A DNA stretch of 64,000 bases from the NCBI RefSeq assembly GCF_009834535.1, contig NC_045696.1:35466001-35530000 (forward strand), read 5' to 3'. Source of the stretch: Camelus ferus (taxonomy: Eukaryota). The notes below the pieces were generated by a model. It saw nothing but the letters and a program-made list of their open reading frames with translations. It was not told the origin of the DNA and made no database searches. Below, piece after piece: positions 25,920 through 38,765 of this stretch. The position numbers were made by a program, and so were the translations under genes. The stretch's first letter is position 1, and each line of letters begins with the position of its first letter.

Positions 25920-26980
25920 TTATATTAAAATTGAGAAATTAATTTATTAAAATACATTTTACAAAAAAATACATTTTATGAAAGGAAAACAAATTTCAAA
26001 CTGAGAACTCCTCTCAACACTTATAGCTGAAAAATACATGTATTAGTAACAAAGAATTTCTATGTATTAATATATACATATGAATAGAAAAATGAGCTAA
26101 ATTCATAAATTGACATTTTCCCAAAAAACAAACATATATATTCAATAAACATAGGAAGAAATGTTCAATAACATTAATGATCAGAGAAATGTAAATCAGG
26201 AAGGTAATGAGTTACCATTGTTAACTGTTTAGTTGGGAATATGTATATATATAAAGCAGATATTTCTAGTATTGGAGAAGATGAAGTTTCACAGCTTCTA
26301 GCCAAATTTAGTATAACTTGTGAGAATTGAAATGTTTTAACCACTTTGAGAAATAGTATTATCACAAGAAATAAACTAAGCCATTCTCCTAGTTATATAC
26401 CCAAGGAAAACTCTTGTTTATGTTCAGCAAGATGTATTTTCATGAAGTACTGTTCAAACTATATAAGACCTGGAAATAATCTAAATTTCATTAAAAAGAG
26501 AACAGATGAATAAGCTATAGTACATTCACACAGTAAAGTATTATACATCAATCAAAATTAATGAAAAATAAGAATATAAAGCTGTCTATGAATCTTAGCA
26601 ATATAATATTGAGTGACAGATAGGTTGTTAAAGTTGCATGTATCACAATCACCCTATGTTATAAATTTAAAAAGAATAAAAGTTTAAAAAGTGTTAAAAT
26701 AGTTATAAAATTAAACTGTGTAAGTAAATAAATATAAGAATAGTTCATATTCTGGATGATTGATTTATAGATATTTATTACAGTAGTATAATCAAACAAA
26801 CAAATAACTGAATGAATCAATGAATGTATGCTTCCATGGACAAATGAATGAATAAATAAATAAACTAATAAATACATAAATGATGACTGTACATGAGCCA
26901 ATATAAACAAGTTTTCATAAACCAAGAATTATATTAATTTAATTCTATGGACTCAGTTCCAATAAAAATAAATTTTAAAA
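25920..26980 (+). mobile_element. Ancient L1M (L1ME-like) ORF2 end and 3' UTR
   Basis: aataaacataggaagaaatgttcaataacattaatgatcagagaaatgtaaatca; ccattctcctagttatatacccaagg; ends ccaataaaaataaattttaaaa. Confidence 0.8.
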
Positions 26981-28610
26981 GTGATATCAGAATTGTCACA
27001 AAATCTTATTTTTGGTTGACTTTTTCCCTAAGATTTTCTGCCTATGATTTCAGTGGACTTATATAAAATTCAGTTGGTGGTAGATGATTATTATCTGTAT
27101 ACAAGAGTCATTTTGACCTGTTAAGTTAAATCATGATCAATCTTGGAGCTTGTAAGATTATGTGAGAATAAAAATGATTTAATTTTTGTACTTAAAACCC
27201 TTCCTTAGGAGAAAAGATCAATTGGCTCTTAGCATATTAACATCAAGCAATCAAGGCAAGATTTTTCTTTCTGAGATACCCGAGGGAACTACAATGACTA
27301 TTCAGTATATTCTTTACATAACTGGTATTTACCATTCATCAATATGAAGGAAAGTGTATTTTTAAGGGGAGATGATTACACAACATGGGGTAGCCAGAGA
27401 ACAATGTGAGGCCAATTTCTATTCAATTTGGCAGATGGTTCAACATTGTCTTCCAAAGAGCCAACACAAAGAATTTGCGTAACAATCTCAATAAAAACAA
27501 TAGAGGAATTGGGAAACTTAAGAACATTTTTCATTAAGCAAGTAGCTTGAAATCTTGCTGAGGTATGTGAACCTGATTTTGAATTTGATAATTGGATTTT
27601 TTTTTCCTAGAGAGCCCAATATGATTTTGATATCTTCTGCCTTCAGTCAGAACCACAGTTAAGTCAGTCCCAGAGTCACAAAACCATTCTTCTTTTACTA
27701 CAGTTCTAATATAAGAAATCCATTCTTGAGTTTAACAACCTTCACTTTAGGAAGTATTTCATTTTACTGTTTGTTTAAATGTTGATAGTTGTCATTTATG
27801 GCAATTTATCTGTAACCAGTACAGTTTTGGGGAAGCAGTGTTGCCCAGGAAAATTTGTGAAATAGTGGTCTAAAATATGTAGTTAATCTTTCATCCTTTA
27901 TTGAATTGTTAACCTCAACAAATTACTTACTTCATTTCCACAACTTTAAATGCCAAGTGCTTGTAAAATGGTTGCAAATATTTAAAATTAAACTACTTCA
28001 TAAATGTTTGTAATAAACTACACCATGAACTTGATTATATCTGAGAGGGAAAGCAAACTTTCTAGGAGTTATTTGGTAGCCATGAATCTACCCTTTATTA
28101 TTCTCAGAAACAGAAACCAATTGTATTCTGTCTTAAATGGTGAGGTTTATATTAGGTTAAAAAAAAATCCTACCCAGCATGTTATAAATACATCTTAAAT
28201 TTGGCCATATTTCCTTGCTCAAGAATATGACATAAGAAGTTACACAGTATGCTGGAGTGATTGAACACCTTTAATCTTTGGTCTTTCTATACTTTGTAGC
28301 TCAAAGTCAGAAAGAAAGCCCCATATGCTATATCTGTAACTGTGTACATTGCATTATGGAATATCAAAAGCAATCAGTCCTCACTCAAAGAGGATTATAC
28401 TATTCAAAGTAAATGCTTTCTTACTGTGAGTTTTATTCCTGAAACCAATTCAAGTAAATTGAAGGAAAAGAAACACAGAGGGATATTTTGCCAGTGATTT
28501 CATTGCTTTCCATATTTCAAAATAGCAGTTTTATAATTTAGATGATTCTCCAATCCAACCCATTCAACTCCTGTAGAGGATGCTACTTTAAAGAAATTAT
28601 GGCTAAGTCA

Positions 28611-28649
28611 ACAAAATAATAAGATGACAAAATAATAAGATGACAAAAT
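28611..28649. repeat. Perfect 16-bp tandem duplication (about 2.4 copies)
   Basis: acaaaataataagatg acaaaataataagatg acaaaat. Confidence 0.95.
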
Positions 28650-29429
28650 TGTTATTATTATTATTATTAATCTTACATCTTAGGAATATTATAAAGTTAC
28701 AGGTGCTGTCAAAAACTCAAAGTCCTTATTTGAATGGTATATATTTTAACACTACCAAAAACTGTTAGGTTCAAAAAAGTAAATGGGAAGGTATAGGAGT
28801 ATTTTTAAAAAATCAACCAGCCTTTCTGAATTCATAACTTGAGTTTAAGTATCTACACACATTGCAGACATTTATCATCATGCCTCCTCTCTTTTGTGAC
28901 CTTCTGAAAGGAGCATAATTCATCAAGAAAATATTTTTCAGTAATCTCTGCCCAGGATAATTTACCTTTTTTCTGATCTTCAAAGTGACAGATTGCAGAG
29001 GTTGAGCCTCTGTGACTTAAACCACAGACAGTTTCATGTTTCAGTGTGCTTTTCTGTCTCGGTGGTTGACTTGATTTATAATAGTTGAGGTAGTGCAAAA
29101 TTAAAAATTAATTAATTTGAGTGAATTGGTAATAAAGGGGCAGAGCGGCTGCATTGAGATGCTAATAGGTCTGTTCCAGACCTATTCTGGCCATCTGATC
29201 CTCTGGAATATCCAACAGCTGTGGTAGGCAAAACTGACAACTGAGCACATTCAGGAGAAAGGGTCAAGAGTGTGGCTCGAACCCCAGTGGGGCCAAAACA
29301 GGGGCTGCTCTGCCCGAGACTCTACTTCTGGGATGAAAGCAGGTCAGATGGTGGAAATAATATATTTATATGAAATTACTAGAGAATCTCTATAGAGAAG
29401 CTGTGATATGATCTCAGGATGTGATTTTC

Positions 29430-29475
29430 TGTGTGTGTGTGTGTGTATGTGTGTGTGTGTGTATACATGTGTGTG
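29430..29475. repeat. (TG)n microsatellite
   Basis: tgtgtgtgtgtgtgtgtatgtgtgtgtgtgtgtatacatgtgtgtg. Confidence 0.95.
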
Positions 29476-30749
29476 GAAAATTACTTCCTGAGCCGTTGTC
29501 TGTAAGGCTTCCCGTAACTGTAATGCTTGCTTCATTGCCTGTTTTAATGGGAAAAATGCATAATTAATGCAATTAAGATTTCTAGAATAAACATAACTTT
29601 TGAAATACATGTACTGTTACACAACATATAGTATCATTTATGCATACAAGATGTGTAATATATTCCTAGCCTTTGAAAGAGTGAAATGCACTATTAAATA
29701 TAAAAATTACATTTTACAACACATAAAATAGTGTTTTCTCCTTTATGTGACTAATTTCTAATTTACCTACTATAAGGTGTTTTTACTCTACCACAAAATA
29801 ATACATCTATCATGTATTATTTTTTCTAATTATGCAAAAGAACATACTCATTTATGAGATATGGATTATATGAGAGAAATGGGAATAGAGTAAAGAAATA
29901 AAATCATACTCCATCTATTTAAGATTATAATTATGTGTATGTCTGAATAATAGAAGAATAATAGTAATGTAATAGGAATTACTGATAATTGGTTGTCCAT
30001 AAAAATAATACAAAGCAGCACTGATTTAAGTTATGAAGATCCACAAGCTGATTTGAGACAGTTTCAGTAATCACGATAGAGCAAGTTTCTGAAACAGTAA
30101 ATCAGAAATGCTTAAAGCAACACAGTGCTTCTTGAAAACTAAACACATAGATAACAAACTAAATCAAAAAGTTTGTTTTGTTTTACAGAGGCACACTTCA
30201 TCTTTTCCTTTTTAAAACATGTTATTTTCCCGAAGAATGCATTATATACCTTGTAGCTTCCTCGCAACAGTATAGCCATTCTATTAATTTGAAGCAGTCT
30301 GATATCTAGTCTAAATATCAAAAACGAAAACAAACCAGAACCACTCATTGAATAGCAATGTAATTTTTTAATGTTTCTTCTACTTGATTTCTTCTTGTTT
30401 TTCTTCAGGGAGAACAAGAAAAGGCGATTAGCTATTTTACTCAGAACCCAATTACCTCCATGTTTCTGGTGGGAATTTTTGTACCACATATTAATCAGTG
30501 AATCAGCCAATCTCTTTTAACTTCCTGTAGCTGAATTTTAGGTAATTGAGAATTGATTGACATTTGCCCCTGATCCAGTGCATTTAGCTAAAATTTACTA
30601 TGGTGCTGGTGATGTTTATATATTTTAGCAATGCTGTCATAACTGCTTCTATTACGTCCACCACCAACACCAAGAACGACGTAACACCTCAACTATTTCT
30701 ATCTCTACAACTAATACTACTATCTAATTAATCCACCCCCACTACTAAC

Positions 30750-30925
30750 ACCAGTATTTATTGGGTTCTTACTTCATGCCAGGCAGTTTTAGCATTTTCA
30801 GATATACTGATATATTTAATCCTCATAACAACCCTCTCTGCCAAGTACTATTATTTTTTCCATTAAAAAAATGGAGAAACCTAGATGATGTATCAGTCAA
30901 TTCCTTATTAGCTCCTGCTACATGG
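30750..30925 (-). mobile_element. MIR SINE preceded by an (ACT/ACC)n low-complexity tail
   Basis: agtatttattgggttcttacttcatgccaggcagttttagc...atttaatcctcatacaaccctct...tactattattttttccatt...tggagaaacc. Confidence 0.85.
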
Positions 30926-33900
30926 TTTTGAAAGAAGGTAATGCACATTCTTTGTTTGTCATTTAAATAGTTCATCATTCTTGCAACACAAGGAGGTAAA
31001 CATATAATATATTTTATTATAAGGTTTTTTCCCAAACAACAATATAAGAGAAAAATATATCTCAAGAAACTATTTCCTCTAATTATTGAATAATTTATTT
31101 TTCTCCCTAGAGATAAACTAAAGGGACCATCAGGCAAAATTATAAATCTCAAGTCTCACACTCATATTGATGGGATGGTAAATAAAATTTACTTCCCTGT
31201 TTCAGAAAACAAGATTAAGTTATCCTTTAGTGCAATAAAATGCTGATTTCAAGCCTAGGCTGATTCTTTTAAGGTGCTTTCCAATCAATGAGGATATGAA
31301 GGGAAATGCATAGTTGGCAGAGTTGGGAATCCAACTCAAAGGCTAAAGAGTAATGTATTTACCTAATTGCTACAAATGCTGCAATATGAGCTGATGATTT
31401 TTAAACCAGTTTGAAGACGAGAACTGTAATTCTACTGAGACAGCCATTCCCGCTACAGGCAAAAATCCATAGACTATTCCTGTTAAAAATAATAGTAATT
31501 CCTTGTTAGGAGACACACACTGATATTAATGTTTCAAATACGAAAGTTAAAAAATTACTGTAACGTTCACTGTGAAAACCACGTCCAGTTGGCACTGCAA
31601 GATAATGTTTTAGCAGTTCCTTTATAATTCTTGTTTTCTAAAGTTTATAATTAGTCAAAACCTCGGATTGGGTGGGATTCTCCAAGTCATTGGACAGGTA
31701 TTAGGCAAACATGTCACTCCCAGGGTTCACTCATCTCACCACTTGTGCTTTCATAACCTTTTATTCATTTTATTTAGTAAAGTATGAAATTATTTTCACT
31801 CAGGAAAAAAACAAAGCCTCCTCCTTTAGTTTTTCTTTCATACTACCTCCGACAATGCTTTTTTTTTATCATTCACCAACATAGTGCTGTGATTTGGACC
31901 TTAGGAATTCGATTATTTTGCATTTGAAAGCATGGAAATATTGCCATTAAATCTCATTTTATACTTCAGCAATACTGACTTTATATTACATTATTGATGC
32001 ACAGGTTTAATTCTGATGAAATATTGGGAGAGATTGGCCTATACTTAAAGATTTTAACAAAATTAAAATGGTTTTTAAGTCAGTGATAGAACTAGGTTTC
32101 CAAGAGTATCTATTTTTATGAAATCTGAAAGAAAGTTAGTAACTTTATTATATTTTATGTTTATTTTCCTTATGTTTAAAACTTGAATCAGACAAGCCTG
32201 TATGTGCTAATATTTTAAACTTTAAGTAGTGTTATTTTAAAATGATATGAACTAATTATATCACCTGGATCACATAATTTTATGCATCCAATATATTTGG
32301 ATTAATTTTTCTAGTAAAATAAAGAGGAGAACTTTTAAAAGTACTTTTATACCATCTATTAATTCTTGAAACAAATAAGTTCATTTTTTTTTATTTCTAT
32401 TTACAAAGTTGCTAATTTAGTGATTATAAAATTTGTATGGTAGTGTTTCTACAAATACTAATACAAGGAATGGAGAAGAAAATATAAAGAAGTATTTCAA
32501 AATATCTTTGTTTCTTATATTAAAATATTATTTTAGCCACTGTGGTGCTAATACCAGTAATCGTGGTGTAATACACAACTTCATTAGTGGCAACCGTACG
32601 GTGCAAGCCTCTTATCAGTTACATGCAGCACAACTGAATGCTCCTGATGGAGGTATTGGCTTTTTTTTTTTTTTTTTTAATTCTGTCTTTTGTGCTAAGC
32701 ATTTGTTTTTGAAAATGAAGTGACACTTTTTCTTATGACAGTGAAGTTGAGCAGATTGTTTTGGGCAAAGTTCAATTGCAGTTAACCTTCCAGATGAACA
32801 GTTGTGCTCCCATAACTTGAGGTCATTCAGGTCAATCTGAATTATTAAAGAGGATTGCAGAAAGGGAAAGTATGGTTGGATATTCTTAAAGAAACATTTA
32901 AAACTGAAGACGAATCAAACCAGAATATCAGTGTCTGTCATGGTTCTGATTCACTTTTATTTCATTTTTTTAAAAACATAAATAGCATAGAACTTGTCAA
33001 TCATAGCCATAATTAGCACACACTTGGTCTTTTTAAAAAAACTTTGAGTCACATTAAAAGTTTATGTGTCTTTTATATCCTTATTTTAGGAAATACACTT
33101 TCAGCTGTTATCATTATACATTCTAGAGTATCCAGACATACAATTCTTTGAACAATATTTGAAGGAAAGAGAGTAGAAAAGTACAAAATATGTCAGTGCT
33201 TTATTTTTCTTTTAAAGTGTTTCAGAGCTAATAATCTTAAAAATAACATTATGCTATTTTCAAATGTTGATACATTCAAATCTTATAAAATGGCTTTCTA
33301 TATCTTGTAAATGGTTAATGTTATAAATGTTAAACATATTCATACATTACCAATGAGGTTATTTCCACCTTGAAAATAATGAAATGAAAAGGGAATAAAA
33401 ATTACAAGATCCTTTCTGTTGGTTGGTCTGGTGAGAGAGAACAAATATAAAAATCTAGTTGACTCTCATAATTGTGAAAAATCCTACTGCCACAGGCAAG
33501 ATTAGTCTATAACACTTTCTCTGAAGTGTGAATTAAGTCTGACATTTCAGGATTATCTGGAGTTGATGTGGATGCCTTTGTACACTGGATGGAACTGGGC
33601 ATCCAGCTGGCAGTAACCACGATCAGAGTGCTGGTCTTGGCTGGTTGAATGGATTTTGCTTCAGGTTAAGAAGTCTTTAGGGAATTGGGTCAAATTGTAC
33701 AAGGACAGCTTTTCTGATTCCTTGCCTATGATGTAAGACCAAGAGCATAATAACGTTACTTAAAACCCTGCCATATACGAGATCATTTAGAAATACTAGA
33801 ATGGGAAATCTCAGGAGAATAAATTAGACCCACAGTTAGATGCTGGAGAAAGTCTTTTACTGAAAGGATAGGCCAGAATCCCAATTCCTCTTTACTTTTC

Positions 33901-34436
33901 TCTCATGTCACGTGACTCTAATATGCTCAATTATACCACAGAAATACTTTTCAAAGGGAATCACTCTGAGAAAGTGACATAACTTTCACATAATATGTGG
34001 AATTGTTACAATTATGCCATCTTCTGCATTTTTGTTCATATGACTGAAGATTTTAACATGGCCAAGAAACATCACACTGGGCTAAAAGCCCCAGTAAAGA
34101 CTTCCAATGCAGTTATGAAATTTTGAAGTTTATGTTGTATTTTATAATTGGGGAAATAGTGTTTTAGATACTCAAAAGTTTCAAGAAATCCTTTTAGCAA
34201 AGTATTAAAAAAAAAAAACTCTTACAACTCATTAAATCCTATTATAAACTAATTATTTTGTATGCTTTTATTTTTAGGAAAAAACAAGGTATGAAGTTGA
34301 AATTTTGTATTTCTAATGAAACTCTGAAGTTTAAAGCTAATTATTTGGAAGTTAAAGTAATATTTTGAAGGCTCCCATGTCGCTTTAATGTGACATAGAA
34401 CGTAGCTCTCTATACCATGATCCTCTGTTGAATAAA

Positions 34437-34455
34437 TCTGGCCCCCTGCTGGCCT
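34437..34455 (-). promoter_or_regulatory. Candidate CTCF-binding motif
   Basis: Minus strand reads AGGCCAGCAGGGGGCCAGA, a close match to the CTCF core CC[AG][CG][CT]AG[AG][GT]GGC, in non-repeat sequence. Confidence 0.6.
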
Positions 34456-34899
34456 AATTCTTTGACGCTCCCACTGGGTTGTGTCAAAGAATTTGTAAGG
34501 GATACAGTGAAGTCGCCGTCATCTCCATGGGTTGTGGCAGTTCAGTTGCTTTGCCTATAAATATGCTGCATGACAGTTGCCACCCTGCACTTGATGTGAT
34601 ACTGTGGGCACACCTTCCATCGCTTTTCTTTAACAGAAATGTGAATGGCATTTAAGAAAGTTAAATGTGAGTTATAATTAAAAGCCTTACTACGTTTGAA
34701 ATCATCAGAAAGTAATGTCATTTTAACGCTCTTTGGAACAGTGTATTTTCTTGCTCGATACTATCAAAACTGCAGTTCTTGTCCTGGGAGTTCTCACTGA
34801 TGCTCGAGATATATAATGCACTATGTAAATAAGAGCACGCGTTAGCTGTAGTATGCAGGGCTGCTGATTCTGTTGACTTCATCTCTTAAGAATATTCAG

Positions 34900-35975
34900 C
34901 ACCATTCAGCCAGTATTTATCGAACATCTACTCTGTGCCAGGACTTTTCTATGAAACTGGAGACAATTGCAAAAGAAAGTAAGTCCCAGCCATTATTCCC
35001 AAACAGTTTAGGAGAAAAAGAAGAAGTTAAGTAAAAGAATCATTTAAAGGCATTAGAGATTAAAACATCATCCTCTGAGACTGGAAAAGATTCAGCCCAA
35101 CTTGAGGGGATAGGGAATAATTCTAAAAAAGCAGATAATTGTAAGGTGGAACTTGAAGAATTATTAGCAGATATACTTAGGCACATAAAAATGAAATGGA
35201 TAAAGGAACCTGAAATAAGATAGTATCATGACAAAGTTCTGAAGGTAGGAAACAAGATGTAAACAAGAATGGCAAGTGTTTTGGTATTGCTGAAGTCTCA
35301 ACTGTGAGGGGTGCAGGCAAATATCATTTGAGAAATAGACAGGGGGCAGGTATTATAATATCATATCATATACCATCCTAGGAACTTCAACTTTATTATG
35401 TGAGTGTGTGGGAGGTGCTTTTTTTGTGGAGTGAGGGGTTGGCTCTGAATGTCTTAAAACAAATAATCGACATAGATTTTTGTGATGGGAGGAAAATTAC
35501 ATGTATAAAAATGGAGACTACTATGGTTATTAATTCAAGAAATGGTAATGGTCTTATCTAGACCAGTTTTATGAAACTGAGGAGAAAGGTATAGGCCCCA
35601 AAAGTACATAGGATATGAAATCCATGGAAATAGGTTACCTACGGAAAGAGGAGTCTAGGTGACCTAGTTTTCTAATAAGAAGAAATAGGAAATATGGAGA
35701 AAATATATGAAAAAAGTGACAAATTCACTTTTGAGCATTTTGTAGTTCAAATCATTGTGTGATATCCAAATATAATTATTAAGCAAACTTTAAATTTGAG
35801 TCTAAATTTCATTGCTAAAGACGTGCTTGACATGCAGATTTGTGAAATTCATCGATAACAGATTCAGCTAAAAAAATCTGGAGTGGATAAGATTGCCCAC
35901 AGAGACTTGAAAGTGAAGACAATGCTAACATCTGGAGCCTTGGGGAACACAGATGCTTAAAGGAATTTTCAATTA
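34900..35975 (-). mobile_element. L2 LINE 3' segment of about 1 kb
   Basis: cattcagccagtatttatcgaacatctactctgtgccagg at the 3' end; purine-rich body; ends tggagccttggggaacacagatgcttaaagg. Confidence 0.8.
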
Positions 35976-36079
35976 CTTTATGTCAATTGCCTATTTATGG
36001 TATAGATGTTTGATTTACCCCTTGTTCCCTTTTTTAATGAACATACTTATATCTTTCCAATTAAAACAAAAACAACAAC

Positions 36080-38065
36080 AAAATGCTTTCCCAATATATC
36101 TTCTCAGGTTACCCTACTATTTATCTCCTTTCCTGAATCTAAACTAAATTAGGAAATCTAATTATTTCCTTAATGAGTTGTAACGTCTACTGCCTGTACT
36201 TTTCACCATAAAGTCCTTGCCCATTTTTGACTTGTGGTACTGTATGAAAATAATGTTCTTGGAGTTCACAATGTGAGACTTTTAGGTTCCAAACCAATGA
36301 CCTTTTTTTTCAATTACTGTCTTCTCTGATCTCTCTGAAGCGAGTGCTCTATTGATCACCAGACTCATTCTAGAAACTTTGCTCAGTGATTTATCACCCC
36401 TCGTTCTTTTCTAATCCCCACAATATGGGTCTACATTGACTATTTTTTCCCAATATAAGACATGAACTTCCAGTTGCCAGTACTCTGTCTCCATTTTTTA
36501 TTTCCCTTTGGTCCTTTGGCATCTCAAATCCTTTCAAATGTATTTAGCAGTTGGAATGCATTGGGGTATGATGACAGATACCCCTAATTGAACCAGCACA
36601 AACAATAAGAAAATGTATCCAACTTTACCTGGCAGAAGTCCAGAAATAGGATGTGTTTCAGCTATATTATTATCAGAAATCAACAATATCATAATGAATG
36701 GTTTCTTTCTCTACTCAGCCATAATCTCTGCAGCTTCATCATTGGGGGCTGGTAGTAAAGTGATTGTGGCAATTCCAGGATTTCTATGCAGAAGAGAGAT
36801 GGTCTTCCTAGGTTTTCTCTTAGAAGAGAGGATATTTTTTCCTAGAATTTCCCCTGATGACTTTTCACCATATCTTATTGACTAGAACCATGTCACATGC
36901 TCATTGCTCAACCATTCACTGTCCTGAAATAATCACTCCTTCATCCTTACAGCTGTGGTAGAATCAGATTTCTAAAGGTTATGACTGCAAGGGGGTGGAG
37001 GGTAGATTATGGATACATGAAGTTGTGTCAGAAAGTAATAAGATACGATGGGTGCTGAATTAGCCACCAACATTGTCCTTTGTAGGATACTGTCAGCTAT
37101 CCCATATCATCAGAAATTTCCAGTTTTTAAGGTCTTTTAATTGAAGCTCTATTTCTAGTACCACATTCTCAAATGAGGCTAGTCAATTTTGTGTTAAAAT
37201 TTTAAAAGGTGGTTAATTTTATCCAACACCAAAATCAGCATCCTCCCTACAGAATTAGCTCCTCTGAGTCACCTTTCCTCAGTAGCAAAAGCTCCTTTAT
37301 TCCTTGCTTAGAATCACGGAAACTTTATGGACTTAACTATCCTCACACACTTAGTGAGTTGATTCCTTCTTTCATATTTATTGGCCAATCTGCCTATCTT
37401 CCACTCTGTTTTAGGACTTCAGCAGTTCCCACATGTATTACTAAGGTATTACTAATTGTTGTTGTTATTGTTGTTGGTGGAGGTGGTGGTGGTGGTCCTT
37501 TTGGTATCTTTACCTTTATCTATCCTATGATGGAGAGCAAGATTAATTTTTCTAATTTGTTGTTGTATTTATCTTACTTAAATCCTCATGGTCTTTCTTT
37601 GCTTACCAAATTCCTCAACTGGGCTTTCAAGAATCTAGTCTCAGTTACCTTCTGTTCTTATTCCTACTGCTATCCTGTACTGACCTAGTACTAGACCTAG
37701 CCAAACTGGAGATCCCTCCAAGTTCAACAAACTGAATTAAATATATCAGAATTTCCTTAAAAGGGCCCAAATCTCTCATCACTGCTCATACTCAGGCCTT
37801 TTTTCTATTACCATCTTTCCTGGGATGGTTTCCGGATATAAAATCCTACCATATTTTTTTTTCAGTATTTTTGTCTCCAGTACCACTTCTATGTGAAGCC
37901 TCAACTGACCCTAGAATGCTAACATTTCTTCCAATGAATTGGTGATATCTTTCTGTGAGACTGCAAATTGACAAGAAGGATTAGTCATGTTCATCCAAGT
38001 AAGCTCTATAGCCCATTTTATGAGTCTGCATAGTTAGCAAATATTAACATTTTTTTGTGGAATTG
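36080..38065 (+). mobile_element. L2 LINE (RT region to 3' end) interrupted by an MLT1 LTR
   Basis: Decayed L2 RT segment near 36250-36380 (gttcttggagttcacaatg...tctctgatctctctgaagc...ttgatcacc...ctagaaactttg); tail gagactgcaaatt...catagttagcaaatatt. Confidence 0.7.
36539..37080 (-). mobile_element. MLT1 (MLT1J/K/L-type) MaLR LTR
   Basis: agttggaatgcattggggtatgatgacagatacccc...ggcagaagtccagaaatagg...tcttattgactagaaccatgtcacatgctcattgctcaaccattcactg. Confidence 0.75.
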
Positions 38066-38287
38066 TTAGAAACAGTAGATATAGAATTCATTTCCTGGGA
38101 CTAGAAACAAAAGGTTCAGCCTTAGATCTAAGTAGTTAGATATACAGAATCATGTTTAACAATTCTACTCTTCAAATTTAAAAGTCTTCAGAAATTCAAT
38201 AATCAAAATTCTGGACTTACTCTTGTAAAACTATTGGATTTTTGCTTGTTTTTTTTTTTCTTGTTTTACGTCAAAATCCCCTATATT

Positions 38288-38331
38288 AAAAAACAAACAA
38301 ACAAACAAACAAACAAAAACAGAAAAAAACA
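38288..38331. repeat. (AAAC)n microsatellite
   Basis: aaaaaacaaacaaacaaacaaacaaacaaaaacagaaaaaaaca. Confidence 0.95.
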
Positions 38332-38559
38332 AGGCAAGAGGAAAACAAACCCTCTTAAATCAGAACCTGTGGGAAAAATACTTCTTTTCAGGATTTGTTT
38401 TTAACCTTTCAAATAGATTATAGTTGTTCCTTTAAAGTAGGAGACTAATATAATAACTTATAGAAAGTGATAGATGTTTTGATCACAATAACAATTCTGG
38501 GCCAAATTAATTTACCACATACAAACATTGAACATGATATATGAGAAGAGTGACTAAAA

Positions 38560-38765
38560 TCTATGAAGGCGTATTATGTGTCAGATATGTTTTACATAAT
38601 ATCTCAACACTGAAGGTAGGTGATGTAAATCTAATTAATAGAGATAGAATCATATTTCAGAGACATTAAGTAATTTCTCCAAGGTAACATTGTCAGTAAA
38701 GGGTAAAACTCTGATTTAAACAGAAGTCAATTTGATTACTGAGCCTAACGCTTTCAACACTCAAA
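38560..38765 (-). mobile_element. MIR SINE
   Basis: tattatgtgtcagatatgtttta...tcagagacattaagtaatttctccaaggtaaca...gatttaaacagaagtc. Confidence 0.7.

Noticed and set aside
30510..30548. TAG|GTAATT as another recursive site
   Set aside because: A better acceptor (cctgtag) lies 11 nt upstream and the tract before the fused AG is poor
33560..33720. Weak resemblance to a CR1/L3 reverse transcriptase fragment
   Set aside because: Similarity too short and degenerate to support by eye
37209..37688. 159-aa ORF with a poly-Val/poly-Gly run
   Set aside because: Lies in decayed L2 sequence and a (GTT/GGT)n simple repeat
38240..38340. Imperfect inverted repeat between a T/G-rich and an A/C-rich tract
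   Set aside because: Low complexity makes the complementarity uninformative
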